The position numbers and the translations under genes are program-made. DNA of 64,000 nucleotides from Bigelowiella natans CCMP2755 (Eukaryota; Protista; Cercozoa): NCBI GenBank assembly GCA_000320545.1, contig ADNK01000513.1, positions 26,206-90,205 on the forward strand, read 5' to 3'. The notes below the pieces were generated by a model that worked only from the letters and a program-made list of their open reading frames with translations, had not been told where the DNA came from and searched no databases. Each line of letters starts with the position of its first letter. The first letter of the stretch is position 1. Positions 26,348-40,000 of this stretch are shown in pieces.

Positions 26348-27702
26348 CTAATACAGACTATCCTTATCGCTCATCCCAGGAATCGATCTGGACGCAGGAA
26401 TAGGAACGATTACGATCTCATCGTTCGGGTCTTTCCTAAGAAAACGATACGCATGTCAGCAATACATATCGGGCTGTCAAAGCAAAACTTTGTATCCACA
26501 AGCTCTCTACTAAATCACTGCCTACCGGAGACACAATCCTATTCGGTGGAGCTCTGCTGCTTGTCTTTCTCCATGTACCTGATATTTTCAGTAAACAAAC
26601 AAATTTTTGATGGATCTCTTCGTGACACCCATACTCGTCTTCAGCAGATCGTACCTTTTTGTAAAAGAGAGTGTCTTGGTCTAGGTGCGTGAATCCGTGA
26701 TTCTTCCGCTCATTGAGGGCCTCATACTGATAATATAGGTATGTTTGTTCTTCTATCTATGCCCATTCTTCTAATCTTGCGAAGAGACTAAGCATTCTTT
26801 AATAAAGGACAAAGCTTTCATAGGAGAAGCAGTGGTGGCAGAAGTAAGAATAGCAGATACCTGGCCTAGAAATTTCCGAGTTCCTATTGTAAGTGACATC
26901 AACACATGCACGAAAGAAGTATGTGAGAAAAAGGTACAGATCGCCTTTGAGTGTCTAAACGTGTGTTATGCTATTATACATCATACCGAGATGACGCTGC
27001 TCTAGCTCCTCGAAGTACCTGCGCAGTAAAAAACAAGTTGGCCGTGTCTTGAAGATGTGCTGCAATAGGCACGAGTCACGCTGTTTACAACCGCGTGAGT
27101 GCGAATAAGTAAGTGCTGGGTATATCATATCCCTCTTTCATGTACGTATCTGCTTGTGCACACGTGATGCTGGTGGTTAATGATATCACTACCTTTCGAT
27201 GTCGGCAATGGTCCAATTTCGCCGCTCTCCTACAGAAATCATCCATTTTTGAGGAAAAGAGGTAGCAACCATCATCACAACGAATAGCTCATGCACTATG
27301 GTCGTTGGTCCTTCGATCATTGTCGTGTCGTTGCCACGCGTCTCCCAACGAAACCCCCACCCCTCTCTCGTTCTATGTTTCGAGGACAACCCATGAATAG
27401 CGCCATTTGCTTCGCAGACAGCACGTTGGTTGCATTCCCTGACTGAGAAATTTGGAAATAGAAAATAGGGCACGGAGCGTAATTGGTAATAGGACATTCC
27501 GAGGCATATGCACCGACTGCTATCACCATTTGTAGTCGCCATTATTATTATAATAATAATCATCATCATCATTATCATCCTTGGGAACTGCTGCTGTCAT
27601 GCTAAGAACCAACCAGTACCTGCTTCTTTCTACTCGAAGAGGTAGTAGGGCTTGAGTTTGGCCAAGGGTGCGTCGCTGTTGGCACAACAATAAATAGGCA
27701 GG

Positions 27703-27757
<55 letters not shown>

Positions 27758-29324
27758 GAGAGGGATGAAGAGAGTAAAACTAGCCGCATTAAAATGAAAA
27801 CTCCGAAGTGAATACATCCGAGATATTTTCAGCTGGACTCCCACGAAATACTAGCGTAACTGTGTCCATTTCTCAGCGAACAAGAAGTGATTCGATCGGC
27901 TGTCTATCCTAGGTGGTGCAATCATAATCGCAACAACCTAACATGGTCTTCGCGACGAATGTCAGTGGTTTCCTGCCTCCCTGCCGAACTTTCTGGCCCT
28001 AAAATGAGGTGCGAGGAAACACGATCACTCCCTCGTCGATGATACACGTGCATGAACATATATACTTTGAGAATATGAAAATGCTTTGTGCATGTGTTGT
28101 TAATTATGCGTGGTTTTCAACTGGTATGGACTGCCTAGCATAAGCGCACATAGGAGCAGCATGTCGTTTATATCCACACCCGCATATTGACTGACATATT
28201 GTTTTGATGAGGGAATTGACGACCTCGTAGCTGACAATCTTGCCTCCCTTTCTGATGTAGAAATGTGGTTCCAGGTTTGGGCGCATCACAAGTCCAAACG
28301 GGCCAAAAAACTCGTCCTGGCCGTGCAATTTGGACCAATGTGGACAGAAGAAAGGAAGAAATCAGCTATCATAGAAGTACAGATCTTCACACACCGTGGA
28401 ATTCATCATGCATGTCATAAGTTGTCCTCTTACTTTTTCTTCTTTTTTCTTCTTCCTGTATTATTACTACTACTACCACTATTACTACTACTACTGATAC
28501 TGATACATATCATCCTTCTCTCCACCTTATGCCCAACACGTTTCTCCCGGTCTAGATACTGTTTCACTTGTTTTCCTGACAATTCCGGTGAGGGAGGGGG
28601 AAAACCAAAGATGGTTGAAAAAAAATGATCCAAAGTGTTGATTCCCCCTCTTTAATTGCACCAGCAGCATAAGTTTACAATGACGACGACGACGACAGAC
28701 TGGGGGGGGCATTCTAAAACATTTGTTATCGTTTGTAATAGAAATTCTCCTCCTCAATTTTTTGGTATTAATGCTGTTTCACCCGCGAAGATGAATGTGG
28801 CGTGGGATGTGAGCGGAGGTCCATACACCAAGCGAAATGGCCTGGTAGTATTAGCAGGATAAGATAGCTTATGATGTGTTCGTCGTGTTTTCAAAGCCAT
28901 TGTGCATCATATTATGATGATGATGACAATGAAAATAATGATGATGATGATGATGATACCTCTTTTCTTCTTCAACATCGATATCCTCCACCAGACATGT
29001 TTCTCCATTCTGGTCGGCAACGCGAAATAACATCAACAACCGCAGGATCGAGAGGAGGAGGAAGAAGAGGAGAGAAGTCACAGATTTGAGCCTTATATTT
29101 ACTACCTTGTAGGCAAACCAATCCGGGATGAAATTCTTCAGAGCTCTCTGAACAGTTAGAAATACCACAAATAAGTATCTAAGTGATGATAGCAGAAATC
29201 CAAGACAAACTAAACAATCCTCTTCATTCTGTGATGATGACGATGATGATGATAGTGGTGTTCCACCTTTGACTGATAATCCTTATGCTTGGCTAAGGAC
29301 GTGCATGGAAAGAATGGTGAATAC

Positions 29325-29397
<73 letters not shown>

Positions 29398-30311
29398 AAA
29401 GCTCAGCGAGCATATTTCGGTTTTTGGTTTTAAGTGGAAGCAAGTCTCGAGAGTATTGAAATGCTCATTTGATACACAATAGAGAATGAAATATCTCTGC
29501 AAGCACGTTCTAAATTTGGTCACAAAAGAATTAAACGAAACATAATCTTAATAATTGTTGGTGTATTTTTTTGGAGGTTTTCCACTTATATTTTTCTCTG
29601 TAATAAAATATTATCTCGCAAAAAAAACCCACGCAGTGTGGCACAACTACTTTCGCTTATCGCTATTTGAGTGGCCGTTCCGCATATATCTGTCATTAAA
29701 TCATGGAACATGATCGAATACTAAATATACAATAATACGCTTTAAATTGCATTCAAAACATTTCAACCAATGGCTCATAAACTTACTATAAATCGAGTGA
29801 TTTTCGTGAATGTACTATTTTGTGATAATCAGGAAAGGATACAACCCTTGAAGCTGTCTTCAGGGTTTGCCGGACAATTTAGGACCTGAGCGATGTGGTG
29901 GGGTGGGGGTGGGGATTTAATGATGATGATGAGGGCATGGGAGGAGGCTAAATAATGATGATTGCCCTCAACCATCTCCCCTTTCAATGAATGACCTTCA
30001 CAACATGTCTGGGATTATCAGAGAGGCACAAGAAAACATGGCACTCCAGCTCGTGGGGTCTACTTGAAGGCGGCGCCCTGACGATGTCATAAATTAAATA
30101 ATGATAATATGTTGAATATATCAAATGATGACTTCCTTAATGACGAATTCATCAAACCTCCACTTGCATGCACTCTCTTTATGCCACACCCACCATTCAT
30201 ACACAAGGGCATGTAAAACACTCGACACATTCACAGGCCTACAGGCCCGAGCACACGGAAAAGGAAGTATATTGCGTACTGTCTGTGCTTGGACTGGCAA
30301 GAATTGCCCAT
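26348..30311 (-). CDS. Multi-exon hypothetical protein with predicted N-myristoylation/palmitoylation (MGNSCQSK)
   Basis: In-phase exon chain MGNSCQSKHR|QPVNVSSVLHALVYE|WAPPSSRPHELECHVFLCLSDNPRHVVK|VLNCPANPEDSFK ... NGETCLVEDIDVEEEK|RPFRLVYGPPLTSHATFIFA|GKQVKQYLDREKRVGHK ... VHGERQAAELHRIGLCL|RKDPNDEIVIVPIP...DSLY*. Middle exons are ambiguous and no family was recognised. Confidence 0.55.
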
Positions 30312-30601
30312 CCCGTAGCCTCCTCTCTTCCAACTTTGCGACTATCGCCGCAAATGCAGCCGACGCCTCTGTTGGTGGCTGATGTGTAGGCGCCAGAACC
30401 GTGCCACCACCTACGCCAGCCTAACAACGCGGTGCTCGCCGGTGGGTGCAAGGAGCAGGTTCTCACGACGACTCTCTCCGTTTCAATTATGATCTACGAC
30501 AACTATATTTGCAAGTCTCTTCAGGTAATTTGCATGTGGTACGGGTGTTTAGTTGAATGATCCGACGACGACGCTGCTTGGATTCTTTTTATTTTGGGGG
30601 T

Positions 30602-30707
<106 letters not shown>

Positions 30708-30914
30708 GTCCCAAGAGAGTACATTCTACGTCGCAAACACATTCACACAAACACATGCACACACAGGCACAGACTTACGAAATTTCGTGGTAGATCTATT
30801 ATTATTGTTTCCTCAATATACACCAAAACTCCCTATAAATATTTGCCTAATTGAGAAAGCAGAGCACTCCGAGCAAAAACAACATCCTCGTACCTGCACG
30901 AGAAAGAAGGAATC

Positions 30915-31926
30915 ATGATGGAGCTGGAGGGTTCCATTCGGCTTCAGATCTTCGAGTTTCTCGATATTTCGAGCCTCAGTTGCGTTGCTAGCACATGTGG
31001 GGAGTTTCAAAGGTTTGTACGAGATAACCGACTCGAAGATATCGCAGCAGAAGTGCAGCTTCAGAAAAATCACTGGAACCGAATAGAAGCCGATCTGGGA
31101 AACGAAGGCTATCGCGACGGTTTAGATCAAGGTAATTTGCTCTTTGCGAGGAACGTATCGTTGTTTTCAGTTTCCCTCTTCGATGATATGTAAATTAGGT
31201 TACGAAAGTTCCTTGCAAGAAGGCTTCGACCGAGGTTATCGAGACGCAACTGTATCCAGCTTGGAAGAGGGATTTATTCGCGGGTGTCTCACGGGCGCTT
31301 CAATATATCTCGATAAAAATACCAAACACTGTGACCAGAAGACGTTGAAACGCCTGAGAACTTTCCTGGTCGCATTAGGTGGGGTACCAGAAGAAGAACG
31401 GAAATCTGGAATAGCAGGAGTCTCTGTCTCGTTACGACCGACAAGAAAAACTGGCAGAAGAAGGAGACAACAAAGAAAAATAAGTATTGAGAACACCGAA
31501 GATCCCACTCGCCAAGAAGCTAGCCTAGACGCTTCCACGAAATCATGTTGTACTGACTCAGGAACAGGCGGCTGTACCAATTCTTCACAAAACAATAATT
31601 GCAGGAAACCTACGTGCACAACTGCTGACAACAGTGGCAAGTATGAAACTAAAATAAATGGTAGCAGGAATAATAATACCATTAAGGTTACATGGGAAAG
31701 CTTGAAACATATATTTGAAAGTTTAAAGCTGAACCCAGAGTCAATCTCAGATATACAAAAGATTTTGCTTCGTGCGATAGAAAAAGCTCGTACGGCACCA
31801 ATAAAGTCCACCAGATCCCAAGGTAGCATCGACTCCTTTAATGAAGATTGTGAAGAAGGTCAATTTAGAAGTGCTGACAAAAAGGATGTTGAAAATGATT
31901 CTGATGACGAATATGATTTTATGTAA
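30915..31926 (+). CDS. F-box + Yae1-family (GX3 repeat) fusion protein, 2 exons (intron 31132-31198)
   Basis: LEGSIRLQIFEFLDISSLSCVASTCGEFQRFVRDNRL (F-box) is followed directly by HWNRIEADLGNEGYRDGLDQG|YESSLQEGFDRGYRDATVSSLEEGFIRGCLTG (Yae1_N). 67-nt GT-AG phase-1 intron. Confidence 0.8.
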
Positions 31927-33065
31927 TGAATGTATATCATTTAATCTTAATGAAGCTAACATTTGTTAAATGTAAATTTACATCTATTTTGCACACCGCG
32001 AGGTATGTATTCGGGGCATGAAATTTACCTATCTATCGTACTATAACGTGGCACGCTATAACAACATGTAATGGAAAGAAGATTGTTTCGATATAAAATA
32101 TCCTGCGCTACCAATTGCATGTTCATAATTATGTCGCGTTGCCTCATCATTGCCGTGTGTGTGCTGCTTGTACTGTGTCGTTTAATGTACGTGTGAGATT
32201 ACGTTTGTTATAATGTACATGCTGCATGCGCTGCCCCTAGATTGGCTGTGTCTAGCATGTCTGCTAGCAGACATTTGTGCATGCGTACGGGTGAGTCATA
32301 GACGGGTGTAATATGGTTGATTTAAAATTGAACAATTATCATCCTAATGTAGCTATATGCAACGCGGCGACTAGAGCGCTTAAATTATACACATCATATC
32401 TTGAGATATCTAGATATGTGTGATTATATAATTACCTAGTTATCTTCATTCTCCTTTACACGCACCTCGCATTACATGACAATACGACAGCATGTCTAGA
32501 TGTGTGCGGTGCGCTTGTCATCGTTAGATTGTATCATCGCACACATGTAAGATGGATGTAATTAATCAATTAAATTTGTTCAATGGTCATCCTTATATAG
32601 TAGCACATGTGGCACATATCTAGATGTGTGTCATCATATGTGGGTGCGTATAATTTTAGAAGTGTGCGCGTGCGCGCCTGTGTGTGTATGTACCCGACAC
32701 ATAGTTGTGCTTATTTTACCATGTTTGTGTTTCATACGATGCCATCTCAAGTGAGTCTTCACACGTCTAGCTATCTCTAGATCTGCCAGCATCTAGCTTC
32801 GAATAGCGACATGCAGCGTTTTGGCCATGGAGCACACTAGCACATGCTAGCATGTTCAAAATAATCAAACCTCCCTCAAGTGTCATAGACATTATGCTAT
32901 ACCCTTGACTGCGAGTAATATAACAACAACGCACCATGTGCATAAATAATATAGCTTCTTGCATTATAGACAATCAAAATAAACTTCTCAATTTCTTTTT
33001 ACGCGTGATGAGTTGTCTTAATAAATTGATGCAAAGCTTGCGACCGCTTGCATATTTTTGAATCA
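31927..33065. other. Palindrome-rich convergent 3' spacer (F-box-Yae1/rps19)
   Basis: Perfect palindromes ATGTCTGCTAGCAGACAT, CACATATCTAGATGTGTG (imperfect), GATATCTAGATAT and CATGCTAGCATG. Confidence 0.7.
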
Positions 33066-33686
33066 TCACTTACTATCAGCATCTTTTCCAGGATGGATTG
33101 CCCTTTTCCTTGTTGGCGAAAATTCCCCTAGCTTGTGTCCAATCTGATGCGAGCAACCATGAGCAAAACCATCGACTACACAGAAAGTTTCGTACCATGT
33201 CCTCTGTGATTGTGATGGGCTTGTAATCCTTCCCGTTGTGAATTTCGAATCTCAATCCAACGAACTCAGGGATAATTGTGCTCCGTCTGATTTATGTGCG
33301 TTAGTAGCGAACGGTACAAATTCTCAAAAGTATTTACCGTGATTGTGTTCTTATTGCATCCTTTTGTATCACAGCCTTTCCAGCTCTCCGCAACGCTGAT
33401 TTTCACAAAAAGATTAATATTGTTTTCATAGCAATGCGCACAAAGTTCACCTTGGAGATCTTCTTGCGCCTTCCTCGCCGCATAGAGAAGGTCAATCTCA
33501 AAGTATGGTCCTTTCCAAGCCGAGCGGCTTCCAAAGAAACTGCGATTCAAAAATAATTTAGGGGATTCCTTGCAAGTTCATACATAAGTAGAGCGTTAAA
33601 TATGACCGCAATGAACGGAGTTGCGCTGTCGACGGAGCCCGCGCTCTCTTGGTAAGCGTTGGTACGACAGAGAGCAGAGACGCCAT
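33066..33686 (-). CDS. rps19: Nucleus-encoded mitochondrial ribosomal protein S19 (uS19m), 5 exons
   Basis: Presequence [27 protein letters not shown]|FFG, then [10 protein letters not shown]...|...IRTQSR|[30 protein letters not shown]|[13 protein letters not shown]. Confidence 0.92.
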
Positions 33687-34063
33687 CGCGGCCTTCTGCT
33701 GCAGGTTGTGTGGAAGTTGTGATGGTTATACTTTCGATGTGCGTGTCTCAATTAGCAAAAACCCTACATTTTATGACAATTCAATACTCAACCTGTAATC
33801 CCCGGTGGGTGAAAACTCAATGATACTCCTCGCTTTTGCTTGTCGCAGAACCAAATCCTACTGTGATCCTTCCAGCGTCGGTTTCGAGACTCGATGAAAC
33901 GCAACTCTCTGCTGTGTCGTCGTACTCCTCTCCTCTGCTCCGAGGCGCACAAAACCCTTCGCCACCTCCCCGGCCCTTTCTATAGAGGGAAATAAATAAG
34001 GGAGGGGGTGGTTCGTGCAGAAGAAGCAAGCATAGCTGCTGCTGGGGGGGACGGGATTCTTAG

Positions 34064-37000
34064 ATGAGTTCCAAGGAGAAAGTGAGCATTTCGAATTTGC
34101 ACGGAACGAAAATGGAAACTAACTATTAATGTGCCCTGTAGTATTTCAAAGCATTTAACGATACTGAAGAATACCTAAGACAACTGGACCTGGTCAGTAT
34201 CGTTTCTTCCCTGATTGAAATATTGGTTAAGAGAAATGAATCCATGGTGTAGGAATTTCGTGAGGAAAAAGCAGCAATTAAAGCTGAATATGACGAGAAT
34301 CGAAAGTCTGCAGCGAAGAAGAAGGTCATAACTCTTTTGAACGCAATACCTCCCACTATTTACAAGGATTTTTTATTGCAATTGTAGAACATGTTGAGAG
34401 GTCGTGCGAATCGGCAAACTTTTCATATTGGGGGCTTTCCGGACGACAGGGAAGTCCCTCGCAGAGGATCAAAGCGAAGTGGACAAAAGCCGCCAGCAGC
34501 AGTGCCAACGTCATCATTCCCGGAACTCAATACAAACTTTCGCTCGCCAAGTAGGCGAGGGGCTGGAACTGTTGCAACTCGACCTGCAGGGGAAATCAAT
34601 ACAGCAGAGCCAGCTCGCGGATCGATTAAAAACGTGGTGAAATCCATGCAAAATTCCTCTCGAATGGACTTTCTAGAACAGGTGAATACCCGTACTGAAA
34701 TTGCAACAAGTAGGTTGCATAAAAGACTTAGTATGCTCGAAAGAATGGTTCAAGAGCAACAGCAGGTTTTGCTAAGGCACGAGAGTCACCAAGCTCAGAT
34801 GTCTTCAAAGATGGGGAAGAAGAATCGACCAGCCTCTACTCCGGGCGTCCAAAAGTTGATAACTGAACGTTTTGGATCTATAGAGCAGGAGTTAAGAAGT
34901 GAACAGGCAAGAAGAACTTATATGTTTCAAAATATTTCATCAGAAGTTGCGGCAACAGTAAAGGGTATGCAACAGACCATTTTGGCAGCGAGTGATGCTC
35001 AGCGCCAAACTGATCTGAAACTACAGGCTCTTGTGTCCTCCATTGCAAAGGTAGACTCTTCTCGAGAGAGTATGGACAAGAGAATGGAAAGTCGCGACAA
35101 ACACTGGCAGGATCAGCTGGAAGAGCTTCGATCAGAGATGGTTGACAAGATAAAAATGGTAGCGAAGACTCTGAAAAATGTTCTTGCCGAAAATGACTCC
35201 TTAAGAGAACAATGCGCTTCTCAACGCCGGAAGATTTCACGTCTTGAAGGAAAGTTGGGAACCATTCAGGGTAACGTCAGTAGATCTTCGAAGAAACCTC
35301 ACACTTTAACCAAAGACGAACAAGACCGTGAGATACGGCGCATTCAAAGGCGACACGAACATCGGCAGAGGCATTCAGGAATGGGAGAACAGCAAAGAGA
35401 ACAGCAAAGATATGATGAGAATAGACGCCACAGACGAGAGGAGGGTGGCGAACGAGCAGGGCTTAATGGACCCGTTAGACAAGTGCAGCAGCAGTATCAC
35501 AACCCATCAAGGGGGAAGCAATTCTTCGTGGAGCCGTTGAAACCGAAGCACCCCGATCGTTTGACAAGAGATCTGAAGCCTAGCCATGATGATGGTAACA
35601 GCGCTTTCAAGAGCAAGGTAGACCTCCCTAGTGATAATGTTATACTTTAAAGTAGAAAAGGGCCATCTATTTTTGTTTTTGCTTTGCATTGGTGTTACGC
35701 GGTCAAGCCGACATCCTGACACTGAAACCGATTTTTGTCTTGTTGAAACGTCCTCAGCCCTATGTAGCCGACCGCGACAATGAGATCCTTGCACCTACAT
35801 ACAGCCGTAAACATCCTGAGGTAGTACATGGTTATATTTAAAAATGTTCTAATGTCAATGAATAGATGTGGAACTGCATATTTACCAAAAATCACGTGGG
35901 CGGAACAAATGCCTGATGTTTTCACACATGCACGTGCGTGTGTTATGTACTTTAAGAAAGACATTGGTGTCTGTGCACGTGTTTTAGGAGAATAAAACTG
36001 ACAACGAGGACGAAGACGACTATGTTGAAGATAGTTACCTTCAAGATGACGCACAACTCGATCACAAAGACAAGCCAAGCGAAGAAGATTCCTCATCCAA
36101 ACTATTACGTGGTGAGGGAAAGAAAGAAAATCAACGAGATGATGAATTGACTGAAGAAACTGATTCCAATCGTGTCGAGTTTAAAATGGACAATGTCGCA
36201 GCATCAGAGGGCAAAGACCAGGTCGATGATGCCCATGGAATAAATAAGACAGCTGTTGCAGTTGCCGATGATATTCTAGAGAGCGAAGAGAAAGAGAAAG
36301 TAAAAAATGATGAAGTTTCTGAGGGCAAAGAAACGGAAAACATCAATAAAAGTGAGGAGGAATCAAAAGAGCTCATCGAAGAGAAGGCTATCGCAGCAGA
36401 AGCAGCAACAGCATCAGAAGAAGCAGCAGAAGAAGCAGCAGCATCAAAGGGCGATAAGCAGGTTGATGATGTCGATGGGACTAATAAGACATATGTTGCA
36501 GCTGCCGATGATCATGTGGAGAGCGAAGAGAAAGAGGAAGTAAAAAATGATGAAGTTTTTGCGGGCGCTGAGGGCGAAGAAAAGGAAAAAGCCGACGAAT
36601 CCAAGGAGAAGTCAAAAGAGGTGAACGAACCTGCAGACAAAAAGGGAGGCGGCCCCCTTGGCAACACAGAGCTCATAGACAACGGGGAAGAAGGGGCGGA
36701 AGAAGAAGATTTGATGATTGAGTTCGGTGATGAACTTCTTGATGAAGATGCAAACGTGGGAGATGATGAAGGAGAAGAACATCAGGCAAAACAGAGCGCT
36801 GAAGCGAAACAGATAGCTAAGGAAGAAGAGGGACAGACCGTAGAAGAGGCGGAAAGAAAGAAAAAGGCCGAGGAATCCAAAAGTAGTATAATCGCTGAAG
36901 AGGCTATAGAGGTAAATAAGGATTCTGCCGTCGAAGAGGAGAAGAACGCAGAAAATAGCGTGAGGGATGAAGAAGAGAAGAAGCAGGCTCCGGATGAAGC

Positions 37001-40000
37001 TGAAGCTGAAGCTGAGAAAGAAACTGTAGAAAAACAGAAAGAGGATGAAGCAAAAAGAACTGATGTTGAGGAAGAAGAAGCTTGGAGAAATGTCCAAATG
37101 GAAGCAGAGGATGAAAAGAAAGCACAAGTGATGAATGCTGCAAACAAGCAAGATGCAGATACATCTGAAGCTCTGAAAAATGAAGCTAGCGCCAATAAGC
37201 ATGAAGAGAAGACTATAACAGTAGCAGCATCAGAGGGTAATGAGCAGGTCGATGATGTCGAGGGAACAAATAGGACAGCTGTTGCAGCTGCCGATGACGA
37301 TCTAGATAGTGAAGAGAAAGTAGAAGTAAAAAATGATGAAGTTTCTGCGGGGACTGAGGGTCAGGAAACCGATAAATGTGCAGAGGAATCAAAAGAACTC
37401 ACCGAAGAGAAGGCTGTCATATCAGAAGCAGCAGCAGCAGCATCAGAGGGTGATGAGCAGGTCGACGATACTGATGGAACAAATAAGACAGCTGTTACGG
37501 CTGCCGATGACGATCTAGAAAGCGAAGAGAAAGTAGAAATAAAAAATGATGAAGTTTCTGCGGGCTCTGAGGGCAAAGAAAAAGAAAACACCGACAAAAG
37601 TGAGGAGGAATCAAAAGAGCTTACCGAAGAGAAGGCTATCACAGCAGAAGCAAGCGATGAGAAAGAGGAAGTAAAAAATGATGAAGTTTCTGCGGGCTCT
37701 GAGGGCAAAGAAAAAGAAAACACCGACAAAGTGAGGAGGAATCAAAAGAGCTTACTGAAGAGAAGCTATCACAGCAGAAGCAAGCGATGAGGAAGAGGAA
37801 GTAAAAAATGATGAAGTTTCTGCGGGCTCTGAGGGCAAAGAAAAAGAAAACATCGACGAATCCAAGGAGAAGTCAAAAGAGGTGAACGAACCTGCAGACG
37901 AAAAGGAAGGCGGCCCCCTTGGCAACACAGAGCTCATAGACGACGTGATGGAAGGAGCTACGTCAATCAAAATAGCTGATCGCTCTGGATTCGAGGTGAA
38001 TCAAGTTGTTGCTATAAATGAGGGAGAGGGCAACTTTGAGTTAGTTGACATCAAGGCCATTAAAGCAAGTGAGGGCAAAGCTGCTGAACTTGAGCTCAAG
38101 TCTGGCGTGACACGTGTTCACGAAAAGGGAGAGGCGGCTGCAGTGTGTCTCACCACAAACAAGCTCGTCGATAATGCCATCCTTCTCAACCTCGAAAACG
38201 ATGATCTTGAAACGGAACAGGTAGGAATACAGGGCGTTGTGATGTCCACGGCGTGTGGAGTGGGGCACGTCGGGGCAATCAGTACCTCAGGTTCACTGTA
38301 TATGTGGGGTTCCAACCAAGATCATCAGCTGGGAATAGACTTGGAGGACGGCGCCCAGGCCACTCAGATCCCTACGCACGTGTCGATACCTGAATGCGTC
38401 GTGCATGTTTCCTGTGGTTTCACACACACGATATGCATATGTAGAAGTGGGGCTATGTATAGCTGGGGCTCTGGAATGATGGGAAAGCTTGGCCTTGGTC
38501 ACGACAGAGACATACAGAAGCCAGAGAAGGTACCGATGAACAAAATCGTGCTTCCGGATCAAATCAAGTCTCTTGGACACCTGCGCTTTCTAAGTTCCTC
38601 CTGCGGACAGTATGCATCAGCTGCGATCGGGGTACGATTCTTTCCCTTTTCTCTTATATTAATTAATTGAAAGGAGAACATTCTCCTCTGAACTCTCGCT
38701 GGTCCTCGTGGCAAGTGAGGTGCAATGATCTGGGAGTGACTTATGTTTCTGTTGGTGTATATATGTGTATGTGTATGTGTGTGTGTGTGTGTGTGCTTGC
38801 TTTGTATGATTATGTAGTTGCTCGGTGAGAGGACGATATTGTTCACATGGGGTACCAATCGCGCTGGGCAGCTTGGAACTGGAACTACCAAGCCTGAGTT
38901 CCTTCCCACGTATATTCCCTTGGAAAACGAGGAGAGTGCCGGCGTCGTTGACGTGTCTATGGGGAACACTCACACGGGATGCGTCACGAAGGATGGAAAG
39001 ATCGCGATGTGGGGGGAGAATGATTTTGGCCAGCTTGGTTATGACTGTGAAGAAAACCAACTCTCCCCGCGCTTCCTTGAATACAAATTCCTCAAGGACG
39101 TTGTGCAGGTCTCATGCGGAGAGCGACACACCAGCTGTCTACTTGCCTCAGGAGACGTGTACAGCTGGGGCAGCGGCGAAACACACCAGATGGGCATCTT
39201 CGACAACGAGGACCAGCCTGTTCCCGTGAAGGCAAAGGGAATCAAAGGAAACGTTAATAGAATCTCCGTTGGGCGCCAAGTAACCGCAGCGTTCACAGAA
39301 GAAGGAGACGTCTACATGTGGGGCTACACGCTCGAGAGGCCGACCCCTGCAATGGAGGAGGCGCTGCAGGATAGCTTCGTCCTGACGGGGGATGTAGGTT
39401 CGGACGATTGTGTCGTATTCATCACCGGTATTTCGCAAGATGTTCAGTGTTTGGACATCAACGAAGACGAGGACGATGAAGGAGATAAGAAAGCTGGGGG
39501 GGAGGAGGGGAATACTGACCAAATCGTGGCCAAGAAATTCGATCTGCTTAGGGGCGTGCGTATCGAACAATTCAGCTGCGGCGCACAGTATACACTTGCG
39601 TTAGCTCGGAGCGGGCAGGTGTATGCATGGGGCGACAACGGCTCCTTCCAGCTTGGAAATGGCAACGATGAGTATGTAGAAGAACCAGAAAAGATAGAGA
39701 TTCCTCTTCGACCGGAATGTAAAAAGGGCATTGTACGCGTTGTGGCAGGTAGCACACACAAGCCATCCCACCTAGCTTCTATGTAACTCGAGATATACGA
39801 CGACTTCGTTATCATTTGTTTGTCACAGTCTAACGCATGATTTCCGCATGATTATTCTTGAATGGGTCGTCGTCACAGGTCACGATCATAGCATGGCACT
39901 TGCTGCTGACGGGTCCGTATATACGTGGGGCTCTGGGCAGATGGGTAGACTTGGCCATGGGAACGACGTTGATTGTCACACACCGAAATGCGTAGAGTTC

